Shown piece after piece: positions 37,446 to 50,200 of a DNA stretch of 64,000 bases. Position 1 is the stretch's first letter. Each line of letters opens with the position of its first letter. Source of the DNA: Octopus sinensis (lineage: Eukaryota); NCBI RefSeq assembly GCF_006345805.1, contig NC_043004.1, positions 44,950,001 to 45,014,000 of the forward strand, in the 5' to 3' direction. Below the pieces are notes generated by a model. The model was not told where the DNA came from. It saw only the letters and a program-made list of their open reading frames with translations, and made no database searches. Position numbers and translations under genes: made by a program.

Positions 37446-40400
37446 AAACTTACTTGGAAAAGGATGCGTGGTGTTTGATCATATAATAACATAAATAATA
37501 TATAAATTTATGCATATATACATACATATATGTACATACCTACATATATATGTATATATACATGCATATATGGGTGCAGGACAATATATATTTGCTAGAA
37601 TAAGCAGGTGAAATAGAACTCTATATGTAGAGAGTATTTGCGCACACACACACACGCACACAAATTTTTATTATTTTTGATTGGTAGAAAGTTTTTAAAG
37701 TTAAAAGAGAAAATTGTGAGTCGGATTTGGACTCGGAATTCAAAAAGTTTTGAATAAAATACCACAAGACATTTTCTGTTCAAAACTTTGTAACTCCAAA
37801 TAAGACTGATGTGCCTTTCAGAAAGGTGTTAGTAATCTATCTACACATAAAATAATGTAATATATTCTTGGAATTGCATTAAATATTAAGTATTGAATGT
37901 AATTTGAAACTTGTGAAATGCTTTATTTTCTTTCTTCCATTTTTACCATAATGATGTTGATGGCTATAGTTTTCTCTAATATAGGCAATAGGTCAGCATT
38001 TCTTCAGGGGTGGGTGGGGATTAGTCACTACCATCATTTCCAGTACTTGACTGATATTTCATTTTTATCAACCGTGGAAAGATGAAATGCAAAATTGATC
38101 TTGGTAGGACTTGAACTCAAGGCTTGGAAATTTGAAGGAAGGATTAGTCAATTATATCAACTCTCTGTTCTTGAGTAGTAAAGATGAAAGAGACAGTTAA
38201 TGTCAGTTGGATTTGAACTCAGAATGCAAAAAACTTGGATAAAATACTACAAGACAAGACATTTTTTGTCCAATGCTTTCTAACTCCTAATGACTTGGCT
38301 TGGTTTGTAGTGACCCATCCAACCCATGCCAGTCTGGAAAGTGGATGTAAACTGATAATGGTAATGATGAGGATAAAAAGCTTAATTAATCACGAATCCT
38401 TAATGGTAATTAAAACATAAAGATATTCAGTAATGAAATTAATTAATGGTTAAAATGCAATCTATAATATTGTTTTCATGGTATTAAGAAGACTTAAAAT
38501 TCTCTCATTCTATAATTACTTCATCAAAGTAGTTCTCGTCATCATCATCGCTGCCATCGTCATCTTTGTTGTCACCGTCATAGATGTGTGGAAATGGTTG
38601 TTGTGTCATAATGTGTAGTGTAGATAAAAGAAAGGAAATAATGAATAAATGGATTATAGAAGGCACATTAATGTGTCAGGAGTTAGAATAAGGCAGGTAA
38701 GCTTTTTATATGCAATATGGGCAGTTGTTGTATCATATTGTGTTACCATGGAAATGAATAGTTTGATAAATGATATTAAGATTTAAGCTTTTCAGTCAAC
38801 ACAAGTGTTTGTCGGGCTGGTGCTTTACTCAATTTCTCTATAATGTGAAGCTGATGAGAGATGAATTTACCTATGGAGATGATGGGAAATCCTGCTGTGG
38901 CTGTTTGTACTATTGCTTTTCTTTGGCTTAGGTAATGAAAAAGAAAGGAGAATGCAAGGAGTTTCCAGCTATAAAAACAAGTGCTTTTGTAAATGTATCA
39001 CCTGTCCCAATGTAAAATAAAAACAAAACAAAATATATTACGTGCATTAACATTCATTTATAGGGTTTTTGAGGAATGCATTTGGCCTAGTGGTTAGGGT
39101 GTTTAGTTAGGCTCATGATCATTAGGTTGTGGGTTCAGTTCCTTGACTACTTTCAACAAAAAAACTCAGTCTCATGTTACTTCAGCCTTCTCAACTAAAG
39201 ATGAATACTAGCCAAATGTTGATCCAGCCTTATCTCCCTCCATCTGTTTCATCCTAGATATTCTGCTGAATCAAGAGTGAGAGAATTAAGATAATATCTA
39301 TGCCTGCTCATGATGACAGGCATTTAAAGCAGTTAGTAAAAGCATGGTACATGCTACTAATTCATATTGTGAGAGAGATAGAGTTTTTTTACTTACAATA
39401 ATTTATATGTTTCATGGTTACCATTTTAGATAGACAATTTATAATTGTTGAATAACTATTTAGAAGTCTTTGCATATGAAAACATTCATGTAAAACCTTA
39501 GTACACATATATATGTTACATATTGTATTTTGTTAACAATAGAATCATTGGATATATGTTTCTAACAGGCTAGTCAGTGGTTCACTGCTTTTGAGCTGGC
39601 AGAAACGCTAGCACGCCGGGTGAAATGCGTAGCCGTATTTCGTTTGTCGTTACGTTCTGAGTTCAAATTCTGCTGAGGTCGACTTTGCCTTTCATCCTTT
39701 TGGTGTCGATAAATTAAGTACCAGTTACGCACTGGGGTCAATATAATCGACTTAATCCGTTTGTCTGTCCTTGTTTGTCCTCTCTGCGTTTAGCCCCTTG
39801 TGGGTAGTTAAAAAAATAGCTTTTACCATGATATGAATATGAGTGTTTGATAATCTGGCTAGAATACACACCATAAGCTATTTTTGTTCTAACACATTGA
39901 TTTAACATTTTCCTCATCAGTGTGTACATCTTACGCCAGAACATATTAAATTTATATATATGTACACAATCTGTCCAACCCTGTCAAACTGTTCAATTTA
40001 TGCTACTTGGAAGATATCTGTTAAAAAAATGATTTGATGTTGTGTACTGTCTGTGTACCTCAATAGGCACACCACATCCTTTCATGTTTTAAGTGGTACC
40101 TAAAAAGGTTTACAACAAGAAAGGCATCCATTAAAAAAAAAAAACACTTTCTCAAGACTTGTCCAATCCATGCCAGCACTGAGAAGTGGATGCACTATTA
40201 AAATGAGGCTGACAGGGACAAATATTTGTTGAAGTTTCACTGTAGTTTTCACCTTCCAAATTTCACCCGCAAAGTATTGGTCAACTTAAAGCTATTATAA
40301 CAAACAGTTGCCCAAAGCGCCACATGCATGATGTGATTGAATTTGAAACCACTTGGTTATGGAGCAAACAGCTTAACTACACAGCTAAGCACACATGTGC

Positions 40401-40926
40401 ATGTAACTGCTACATATTTTAGTGTAAAGTAATATAATAGTTTGTGAGGTACCTTTGTTAATGTAACGAGCTAGCTATATGAGCAATACTGACAAGTTCT
40501 GTGCTGAGCTAGGAATTAGCCGATACACTAACCCATAACGAATAATCCTTTTTAATGGTTTATCAATAATGTGTCCTTATTTTGTGATTTGCATGTTAGT
40601 AGTAACTATACCATTTGTTTAATGGTGTGTATTCAATATTATTATTATTATTGCAGCTTGTCATTTCTGTGTCATGGCAACCTGCATTTCCCTTTCTTTG
40701 TGTATGTATGTATATGATTATAGTTCATCATCATCATTTTAGTGTTCAATTTTCCTTACTTGCATGAATTAGTGTGAGTTTATAGAGGTAGATGCCCTTC
40801 TCGTTGCCGCCTGTGTCCATGTTAGGTAATATTTCCCTATGAGCTGAGATAATTTTCACGGAATGCTGGAAGTGAACATCACTTGTATGATGGCTCATTT
40901 ACAGCTATCACATGATTTCAAGGTGC

Positions 40927-41099
40927 GCACACACACACGCACACACACAACACACACACACACACGCACACACACACACACACACCACACCACACACACA
41001 CACCACACACACACACACAACACACACACACACAACACACACACACACAACACACACACACACCACACACACACACACACACCACACACACACCACACA

Positions 41100-41137
<38 letters not shown>

Positions 41138-41143
41138 CACACA

Positions 41144-41187
<44 letters not shown>
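40927..41187. repeat. Interrupted (CA)n microsatellite (~260 bp)
   Basis: Directly visible. Confidence 0.95.
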
Positions 41188-41188
<1 letters not shown>

Positions 41189-41404
41189 CTACAGACTTCT
41201 TTTAATTTTCATCTATCAATCATCTCAAGGATTTGGTCAACCTGGGGTTGTAGTTGAAGGTGCTTGCCCAAGGTGGTGTGCAGTGGAACTGAACCTGAAA
41301 GCACTTTGTTAGAAAGCAAGCTTCTCATCCATAAAGCCACACCTGTGACTGCAGCCATGAATGTACCTACAGCCACACTTATGGCTTCACTGTGCCTGCA
41401 CCTA

Positions 41405-41632
41405 TATACATACATACATACATATATATATATACATACAAGTATATATACATATATATATATATACATATATATATATACACGTATATATATATATACA
41501 TATATATACACGTATATATATATATATATACATATATATACACATACACGTATATATATATACATATATATACACATATATATACATTTATATACGCATA
41601 TATATACACATATATATATATACATATATATA

Positions 41633-41708
<76 letters not shown>

Positions 41709-41720
41709 CACACACATATA
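41405..41720. repeat. (TA)n/(CA)n/(TG)n compound microsatellite
   Basis: Directly visible. Confidence 0.95.
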
Positions 41721-42296
41721 TATCCTTTAAATTTGTTTATGTGAAACATTTTAAATGTGCATAGAAAAGCTCCTATTCTATTATGATGACTACAGGCTAA
41801 TGATGCCAACTGGCACTATCAGTTTTTTGTGGTCGCACCGAACTGTGCTTATATAATGTAGGATAAATATAGTATTAACAACAATATTAATCCTTGGATG
41901 GAATTTATAAATATTTTAATGCATCGTTACCCGTGTTTCCACAAATCACACATTTCTTAAGACCATTGTACATCAGGATTATGGATGATCTTTGGAAAAA
42001 ACCTGTGTTTTGTGGAACATGCATAGTAATGCATTAAAATATTTATAAATTCCATCTAAGGATTATTGTTGTTGTTGTTGATGCCTGTGCCACCTTACTT
42101 GCTCCTGTGCCAGTGGCACATAATAAGCACCCACTACACTCTTGGAGTGGTTGGCATTAGGAAGAGCATCCAGCTGTAGAAACCTTGCCAGATCATATTG
42201 GAGCCTGGTGCAATCCCTTGCTTGCTAGTCACTCAGTCAAACCGTCCAACCCATGCCAGTATGGTAAGCTGACGTTAAATAATGATGATGTTGATG

Positions 42297-42350
<54 letters not shown>

Positions 42351-42659
42351 TGCACACACACATACATACACATGTATACGTACGCATGTATCATCATTGT
42401 TTCACGCCTGTTTTCCATGCTGGTATAGGTTGGACGGTTTGACTGGAGACTGGCAAGCCAAGAGGCTGCACCAGGCTCCAATCTGATCTGGCAATGTTTA
42501 TACAGCTGGATGCCTTTCTTAACACCAACCACTCCGAGAGTGTAGTGGGTGCTTTTTACGTGCCACCAGTATGTATGTATATAATGTGTGTGTGTGTATG
42601 TAGCAGGGTGCCATATGATGACTTGTAGCATGAGTAAATCAATATCCACACACATGCAC

Positions 42660-44680
42660 GCATCATCATCATCATCATCATATGTCCGCTTTCCATGCTA
42701 GCATGGGTTGGACGGTTCAACTGGTGTCTGGGGAGCCCGAAGGCTGCACCAGGCCAGTCAGATCTGGCAGTGTTTCTACAGCTGGATGCCCTTCCTAACG
42801 CCAACCACTCCGAGAGTGTAGTGGGTGATTTTATGTGCCACCGACACAGGTGCCAGACGAGGCTGGCGAACGGCCACGTGGATGGTTTTTTTTATGTGCC
42901 ACCGACACAGGTGCCAGACAAGGCTAGCAGACGACCACGCTCGGTTGGTGTTTTTTTTTATGTGCCACGAACAGGTGCCAGACAAGGCTGGCAGACGACC
43001 ACGCTCGGATGGTGTTTTTTATGTGCCACCGACACAGGTGCCAGACGAGGCTGGCGAACGGCCACGCTCGGATGGTGTTTTATGTGCTGTGCCACCGACA
43101 CAGGTGCCAGACAAGGATAGCAGACGACCACGCTCGGATGGTGTTTTTTTTTATGTGCCACCGACACAGGTGCCAGACGAGGCTGGCGAACGACCACGCT
43201 CGGATGGTGTTTTTATGTGCCACCGACACAGGTGCCAGACAAGGTGGCAGACGACCACGCTCGGATGGTGTTTTTATGTGCCACCGACACAGGTGCCAGA
43301 CGAGGCTGGCGAACGGCCACGCTCGGACGGGTTTGTTTTTATGTGCCACGACACAGGTGCCAGACAAGGCTAGCAGACGACCACGCTCGGATGGTGTTTT
43401 TTTTTTATGTGCCACGACACAGGTGCCAGACGAGGCTGGCGAACGACCACGCTCGGATGGTGTTTTTATGTGTGCACCGACACAGGTGCCAGACAAGGTG
43501 GCAGACGACCACGCTCGGATGGTGTTTTTATGTGCCACCGACACAGGTGCCAGACGAGGCTGGCGAACGGCCACGCTCGGACGGTGTTTTTATGTGCCAC
43601 CGACACAGGTGCCAGACAAGGCTAGCAGACGACCACGCTCGGATGGTGTTTTTTTTTTATGTGCCACCGACACAGGTGCCAGACGAGGCTGGCGAACGAC
43701 GACCGCTCGGATGGTTTTTTATGTGCCACCGACACAGGTGCCAGACAAGGCTGGCAGACGACCACGTCGGATGTTGTTTTTATGTGCCACCGACACAGGT
43801 GCCAGACGAGGCTGGCAAACGGCCACGCTCGGACGGTGTGTTTTATGTGCCACCGACACAGGTGCCAGACAAAGCTAGCAAGACGACCACGCTCGGATGG
43901 TGTGTTTTTTTTTATGTGCCACCGACACAGGTGCCAGACGAGGCTGGCGAACGACAGCTCGGATGGTTTGTTTTTATGTGCCACCGACACAGGTGCCAGA
44001 CAAGGCTGGCAGACGACCACGCTCGGATGGTGTTTTTATGTGCCACCGACAAAGGTGCCAGACGAGGCTGGCGAACGGCCACACTCGGACGGTGTTTTTA
44101 TGTGCCACCGACACAGGTGCCAGACAAGGCTAGCAGATGACCACGCTCGGATGGTGTTTTTTTTTTATGTGCCACCGACAGGTGCCAGACGAGGCTGGCA
44201 AACGACCACGCTCGGATGGTGTTTTTTTATGTGCCACCGACACAGGTGCCAGACAAGGCTGGCAGACGACCACGCTCGGATGGTGTTTTTATGTGCCACC
44301 GACACAGGTGCCAGACGAAGCTGGCGAACGGCCACGCTCGGATGGTGTTTTTATGTGCCACCGACACAGGTGCCAGACAAGGCTAGCAGACGACCACGCT
44401 CGGATGGTGTTTTTATGTGCCACCGACACAGGTGCCAGACAAGGCTAGCAGACGACCACGCTCGGATGGTGTTTTTTTTATGTGCCACCGACACAGGAGC
44501 CAGATTTGGCTGGCGATCGGCCACGATTGGGTGGTGATTGTTACGTGCCCACAGCATGGAGGCCAGTCGGTGCGGTACTGGCTACACCCACGTTCGGATG
44601 GTATTCTTGTGTGCCACCGGCACTGGTACCACAAAGATACAAATTCCATTGATGTTCATCTATTTTGATTTTGTTTGATT
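42660..44680 (-). mobile_element. Family C retroposon carrying a greatly expanded internal minisatellite
   Basis: The (CAT)n tail and RTE-like end at 42660-42828 match the 24210-24490 copy. The array is followed by the element's other end near 44520-44680. Confidence 0.85.
42829..44520. repeat. Minisatellite, ~62-bp unit x ~27, with dimer and tetramer higher-order structure
   Basis: Unit atgtgccaccgacacaggtgccagac(a/g)aggct(a/g)gc(ag/ga)acg(a/g)ccacgctcggatggtgt(t)n, counted by eye. A-type (gacaagg) and B-type (gacgagg) units alternate. Confidence 0.95.
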
Positions 44681-46910
44681 TATATTCATAATTGGCCTAG
44701 GGATTAAGGTGATAAGCTCATTCATTATCTTACTGTCTTGAGTTTGAACTCTGGACCAGGGAGTGCTTTGCGTTTTTGAACAAAGCACTTCAGTTCATAT
44801 TATTCCAGTTTACTCAGATGAAATGAGTACCAGTTAGGTGATTGTACGAGCCTCTCTCCTACCAGCTATCTCATTTTGGATGTTCCCCTGATGACCTATG
44901 ACCTAACAGTTATGGTGACCTTCTGCATTTAATCATTTGTTTTCACTTTTGCATTTTACAGTTGGTAAGGGGCCACATTCAGGGGTAGTTTTTACTGTGT
45001 TTACATTACACAGCATGGCTTTACTATGTTATATTTGTTTGTTTTAAAGGCCTCTTTTCCAGACTTGCATTTTTCAGATAGAATTCATTGAGGCAGATTT
45101 TCAATGGCTGGATGCCTTTCCTCTTGCCAACCCTCACTTTTTTTCCCAGATATGTTTTTATGGAAGATTGTGCACTAGGAACTCAACTTGTATGATGATA
45201 ACACTTGTTTACACCTGAGATCATGTACTGGAACGAAAACAGTTGCAGCATGTGTGCATGCGTGCATATCAACACAAGGAGACAACACACACCTGCTGGA
45301 TGGTTGGTGTTAGGAAGGGCATGCAGTTGTAATAGCTGTGCCAAAACAGATGTCTGGTGCAGGCTCTTGCCCGGTCAGCTCCTATCAAACTGCTCAACCC
45401 ATGCTAGCATTGAAGGTGGATGTTAAACAATGATGATAATGATATATATATGACAAACCTGGTTCAGTTTCTGTTTTCCAAATCTGGTTCAAGGCAGACT
45501 GTGGATCCAATTCCACAGCCATGCTAAAGAAACATAGTATGTTTGTGTATATTTATTTCTTAAAGGCACACCCTTCCACTAGCTAATACCCATACAATGT
45601 GTTTAGCTGATATCAGTGAAGAAAAATATCTCCAAAGAAATATTTATTTGGTATTTGTTTCTGATGTGACATTGAAAGATATTTGTATCTAGTCAGCTAA
45701 CCAGGTTATCTGCATCTGCATCTGTCTGTCTGTCCGTTTGTCTGTCTGTTTGTCTGTCTGTCACCTTACCCCTGTTGAGAAACATGAAAACCAGCTAGGG
45801 AATTTTATTTAAGAGAACATAAAAACATCAAATGATGGGAATTGTTGGTTGGTACAGAAAGGAAAGGTCTCTCAGTAGCAAAGTACTTTGACGATGATAA
45901 ACTGGTAATTGCCCAAATAACTGGATAGATAGATAGGTATTTTGGCAATCTAGCGTTAGGGATAGATAGATAGATAAATGGATAGGTTTAGGGATAGATA
46001 GGTAACTGGATAGATAGATAGACAGATGGTTGGTTGGTAGGTTAGTTGGTAGATAAGCATAACATTTAGAAGGCTGATTAATAGTGATGCAGGCATATAT
46101 GATGTTAGTTAATTGAGTAGTTAAGTTGATAGGCAATAAACGCGCACAAACATTTGCACACTTATACACATGCACAGAAATAAATACACATAGATGGAAG
46201 AGAAGTGGCATTTTAATTAGGTATGTATATCGAAATGTAACTTTTTTCTCTTCTTCAGAAACTATATCTGATGATGACTGTGATGATAATGATGATGATC
46301 AATGTCTTTCTCTAGTTTATGTAAATAAGATTGGAGTGTTGGAGGGAGAACTCGATATAGCTTCTGCATGTTCTTTATATTTATTTGGCAGTAGATATTA
46401 GAGATGGCTAAAGCACGAGAGAATCGTTAACTGAATGCTTTACCATATTTAGTTTCATATCGCATGTTAAGGTGTTCAAAATCTCACAAGGGTTATTATT
46501 CAGTTAGCTTCATCTTCCATTCCTTCCAGAGTTGATAACATAACTAACTACTAACGACGTATGGCATCAACTGATTAATTTAACGTTTAGTGCAGGAGAT
46601 GCTGATGGTAGTGGAAACAGATACAGCACTGGCTACTTGATTATAACGAGTCTGGTGCCTCGTATGCCTTCAGTTCAAATTCTCCTGAAGTTTTCATCAC
46701 TTCACAGATAATAAAATAGTTTCTACTGATAAAATAAATGCTAGTTAGGTGTTTGATTGGGGGAAATCTAGTATAATAAGCATGATGGTGTGGTTGTGTA
46801 GATAAGTTTACTTTGCATTCAGAATGTTCTGAGTTCAGTCTCACTGTATAACAATTATGGTGTCTTCTACTATGGCTTTGGGTTCTTCAGTACCTTGTTG
46901 ATGGAATTTA

Positions 46911-46971
<61 letters not shown>

Positions 46972-46972
46972 A

Positions 46973-47245
46973 TACATTATGGCTGCCCCCTCGTTATCGA
47001 GTATGGCCATTGCACGAAGCTTAACTGTTACTGGTGCTGTGATCGAATGTGACTTTTTAGCCCAGCTAAAGATCTACAATGTCTTGTACAGAATTGGCAA
47101 CTAATACCTTTACTGGTAATAGCCGGCTGTAGTTGTAACTGGGCTTCATGTACCTTTGCATGTTGTTTAAGTCCTCCTGCCGAATTACACTCTGTTCCAC
47201 ATGCCTGATAGATATGATTAGTATGGCGTGTTACACTACCATCAT
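46973..47245 (-). mobile_element. 5'-truncated RTE-clade LINE 3' end with terminal C2H2-like fingers
   Basis: Minus ORF ends YQACGTECNSAGGLKQHAKVH..CQFCTRHCRSLAGLKSHIRSQHQ* (stop 47028-47030). A short 3' UTR follows (ggccatactcgataacgagggggcagccataatg) running into a microsatellite, as is typical of RTE ends. Confidence 0.7.
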
Positions 47246-50200
47246 ACATACATACATACACAAGATTTTTCATCATTTTAATGTTTATTTTTTCAAGCTT
47301 ATATGTGTCTGATGAAATTCGTTGTGGCAAAACAGGATGCCCTTCCTGTTCCCAATCCTTACCTGTTTCCTAGCATGATAATATTGGTAATATCTTCCTG
47401 TAGCCAGACATGTATGCATGGATGGCTGGAAGGGAATAACATTGCTTATATGATGGTGACACCTGTTCACATATAGAACATGATGTCAAGACATGAGCCC
47501 ACTAAGGCACACACACACACGCTCTTGCATGTGTACATGATTGTGTGTTAGTGTTCCCATCATATATATGATAGTCACCTTTCCATTTCTATCTATTTTA
47601 TCTATTCAAAAGGCTTTGGTTGGCCTGTGTCTAGAGAAAAAGACACACACACAAGGTGTGGTTGTGTGAGTCTGAACACAAAACCTCACAGTTGGGAAGC
47701 AAGCTGCTTAACCACTCTGACATGCTTCAGTCTACTTATTCTATGCTGATCAAATGCTAAACAGTAACACCAACAATGTCTACAATGCATTCTGGCAGTG
47801 GCAGGGGTGTTAAAAATAATTCAATTCTTCCTTCATTATACAAAACTTATGACTAGCTTGTGTTTCCAATTTTTAATGAGTATTCATTGAAATAACTGTG
47901 TAAAGATGAACAACAGAAGCAATAGTTGCAACAATGAAGTGAAAAACAATTCCAACAACAACAATACCGAAAATGAAAAGCTTTTGTTATTGTCGCAGAA
48001 GTTTATATGTTCATGAAATAACTTCATAAAAATTTGGGGACAATAGCAAAATTTGGTCACTGAACAAAACGTGACTTGACTTTCAGTCCATTGAGGCCTT
48101 GCTTGTGTGTGCATATGGATGTGTACTGTGTAGCTATCTGGTGTTTGAATTAAAACTGTGTTTGTCTGTATATGATGTGTAGATATGTATGTGTGAGTTT
48201 GTGGGCTTTGTGTGTGCATATAGCTATCTGATGTGTGTGGGAGAGAGTGAGAGATATGTGTAAGTTTGTGGGTATTATTTCTGAGTATTGATATGTATGT
48301 GTGTAGCTGTATGATATGAAATTAAAATGTGTCTGTGTGTGAGATGTGTGTGAGTGCATTTCTGTGTGTTTTGTTTGTGTATGCATGTGTACAAATTTAT
48401 CTGATATGTGAATTAAATATAGAATGTATGTGTGTGTGCTATATGACATGTGTGGATTTGTGTACAATGTGTGCATATGAATATGTATATAGTTATCTGA
48501 TATGTGATTAAAATATAGAATGTGTATGTATGTGTTCATGTGTATTTTGTGTATATAATAATGTGTTCATGCCTGTATGTTAATGTATATTTGGGTACAT
48601 CTAATAATGTGTGCGTTTGTATATGTATATCATGTTAATATGTGTGTGTCTTCTGTATATACGTATAGATATTTGTATGTAATTGTAGTTTGATTCGGAA
48701 TTGCATTATTTAAATATTCAACTGAAGAAGAGAAACAGTGAGAACAAGCATCCAAACAATCATAAGTGTCCTTCTCTCTCCTGTGGAACTTGAAGTAACA
48801 TGATTTTGAGTCACTGTGAATACAAGCAAAAATAAACTACACAAAACATGTCGAGTGCTCTTTTCTGTTGTTTGCATACACTCACACCCATACCCATACA
48901 CATGTATATTCATACTTATACTTATATGTATATCATATATATATATATATATATATATATACAACTTATAAACAAGGGCAAAAGAAAAAAATTTTCTAAT
49001 GCCAAATATGCCGAAAATAGACACTTTGTCAATAACCATATAATTTATCACTATCAGTACGCGTCTCGAAGAAAGCCAACAGAAATTTCTAGAGTTTAGT
49101 GTTGTCCTCTAGCTCACCAGCTCCTTTCAAACTGTCCAACTCATACCAGCATAGGAAATGTATGCTAAATGTTGGGGATATTTAATGATCATTATAATCA
49201 GCTGGATATGGTGTCAAAGAATTTATAGATATCTAGGTGTTGGTGGTTGGGGTGGAGACTGGGAATCTGTGTTATTTTTTTAATTGGGAACAAGACTTTA
49301 TTATTTCACTTGAAAAGAAGCATTTTTCTCTTGGGCTTATCTTAATTGTACTCAGCTTATCAATCTGTAAGACTTGAAAGGGAAAGTCAAGAGACCACCA
49401 CCAACTTCCTACAGGAAAGATAATTTCACATAGCGATGAAGCAAAAAATATAATAAATTCTTCCTTATAATATGCACATCACTTGTGTGTATGTATTTGT
49501 GCCAATTAATATACGTATGTGTATAATGCTGTAACATGTGCGGTATGTATATAATGTTTTGTAGTATGTGCTTGTACAATATTTGCGGGGGGGCAAATGC
49601 ATATACATTGTTCTCTGTATGTGTCTGGGGGTTCATTTACATTGCTATATGTGTGTGTGGGTGTATATGTATATATACACATACACACACGCATATATAT
49701 ATATATATACACATAGATAGATAGATAGTAAGTTAAATATAGTTACACTTAATACATATATTTTCATGGAGCATAGAATACAGATTATAAAATAATATGC
49801 ATGCATGTACATACATACATACATGCATGCATACATACATGCATGCATACATACATACATACATATAAAAATAATGTAATGTCTTTTCTCTCTCTCTCTC
49901 TCTCTAATTTTTTACTCTATTTTATACCCTGTATTTTGTGCTTTATGTAAATATATGTATCAAGCTTAACTGTTTTCATCTATTTTACTATCGCCATAAC
50001 AGGGCAAGGCCACGCCTTACCCTGAATGAAGAAGTTTGTATTCATTTCAACACTACTCTGTGTTATCTATCATCATCATCATCATCCTTTCACATCTGTT
50101 TTCCGTGCTGGCATGGGTTGAACAGCTTGATCAGAGCTGGTAAGTTGGAGAACTGCACCAGGTTCCAGTCTAATTTGGTTTGGTTTCTGTAGCTGGACAC

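Noticed and set aside
42829-44520. CRISPR-like array (regular repeats with internal hairpins)
   Set aside because: There are no unique spacers; whole units repeat. It lies inside a eukaryotic retroposon and no cas genes are present.
43009-44537. Long ORFs of 289-307 aa
   Set aside because: They are translations of the 62-bp minisatellite, open in several overlapping frames on both strands.
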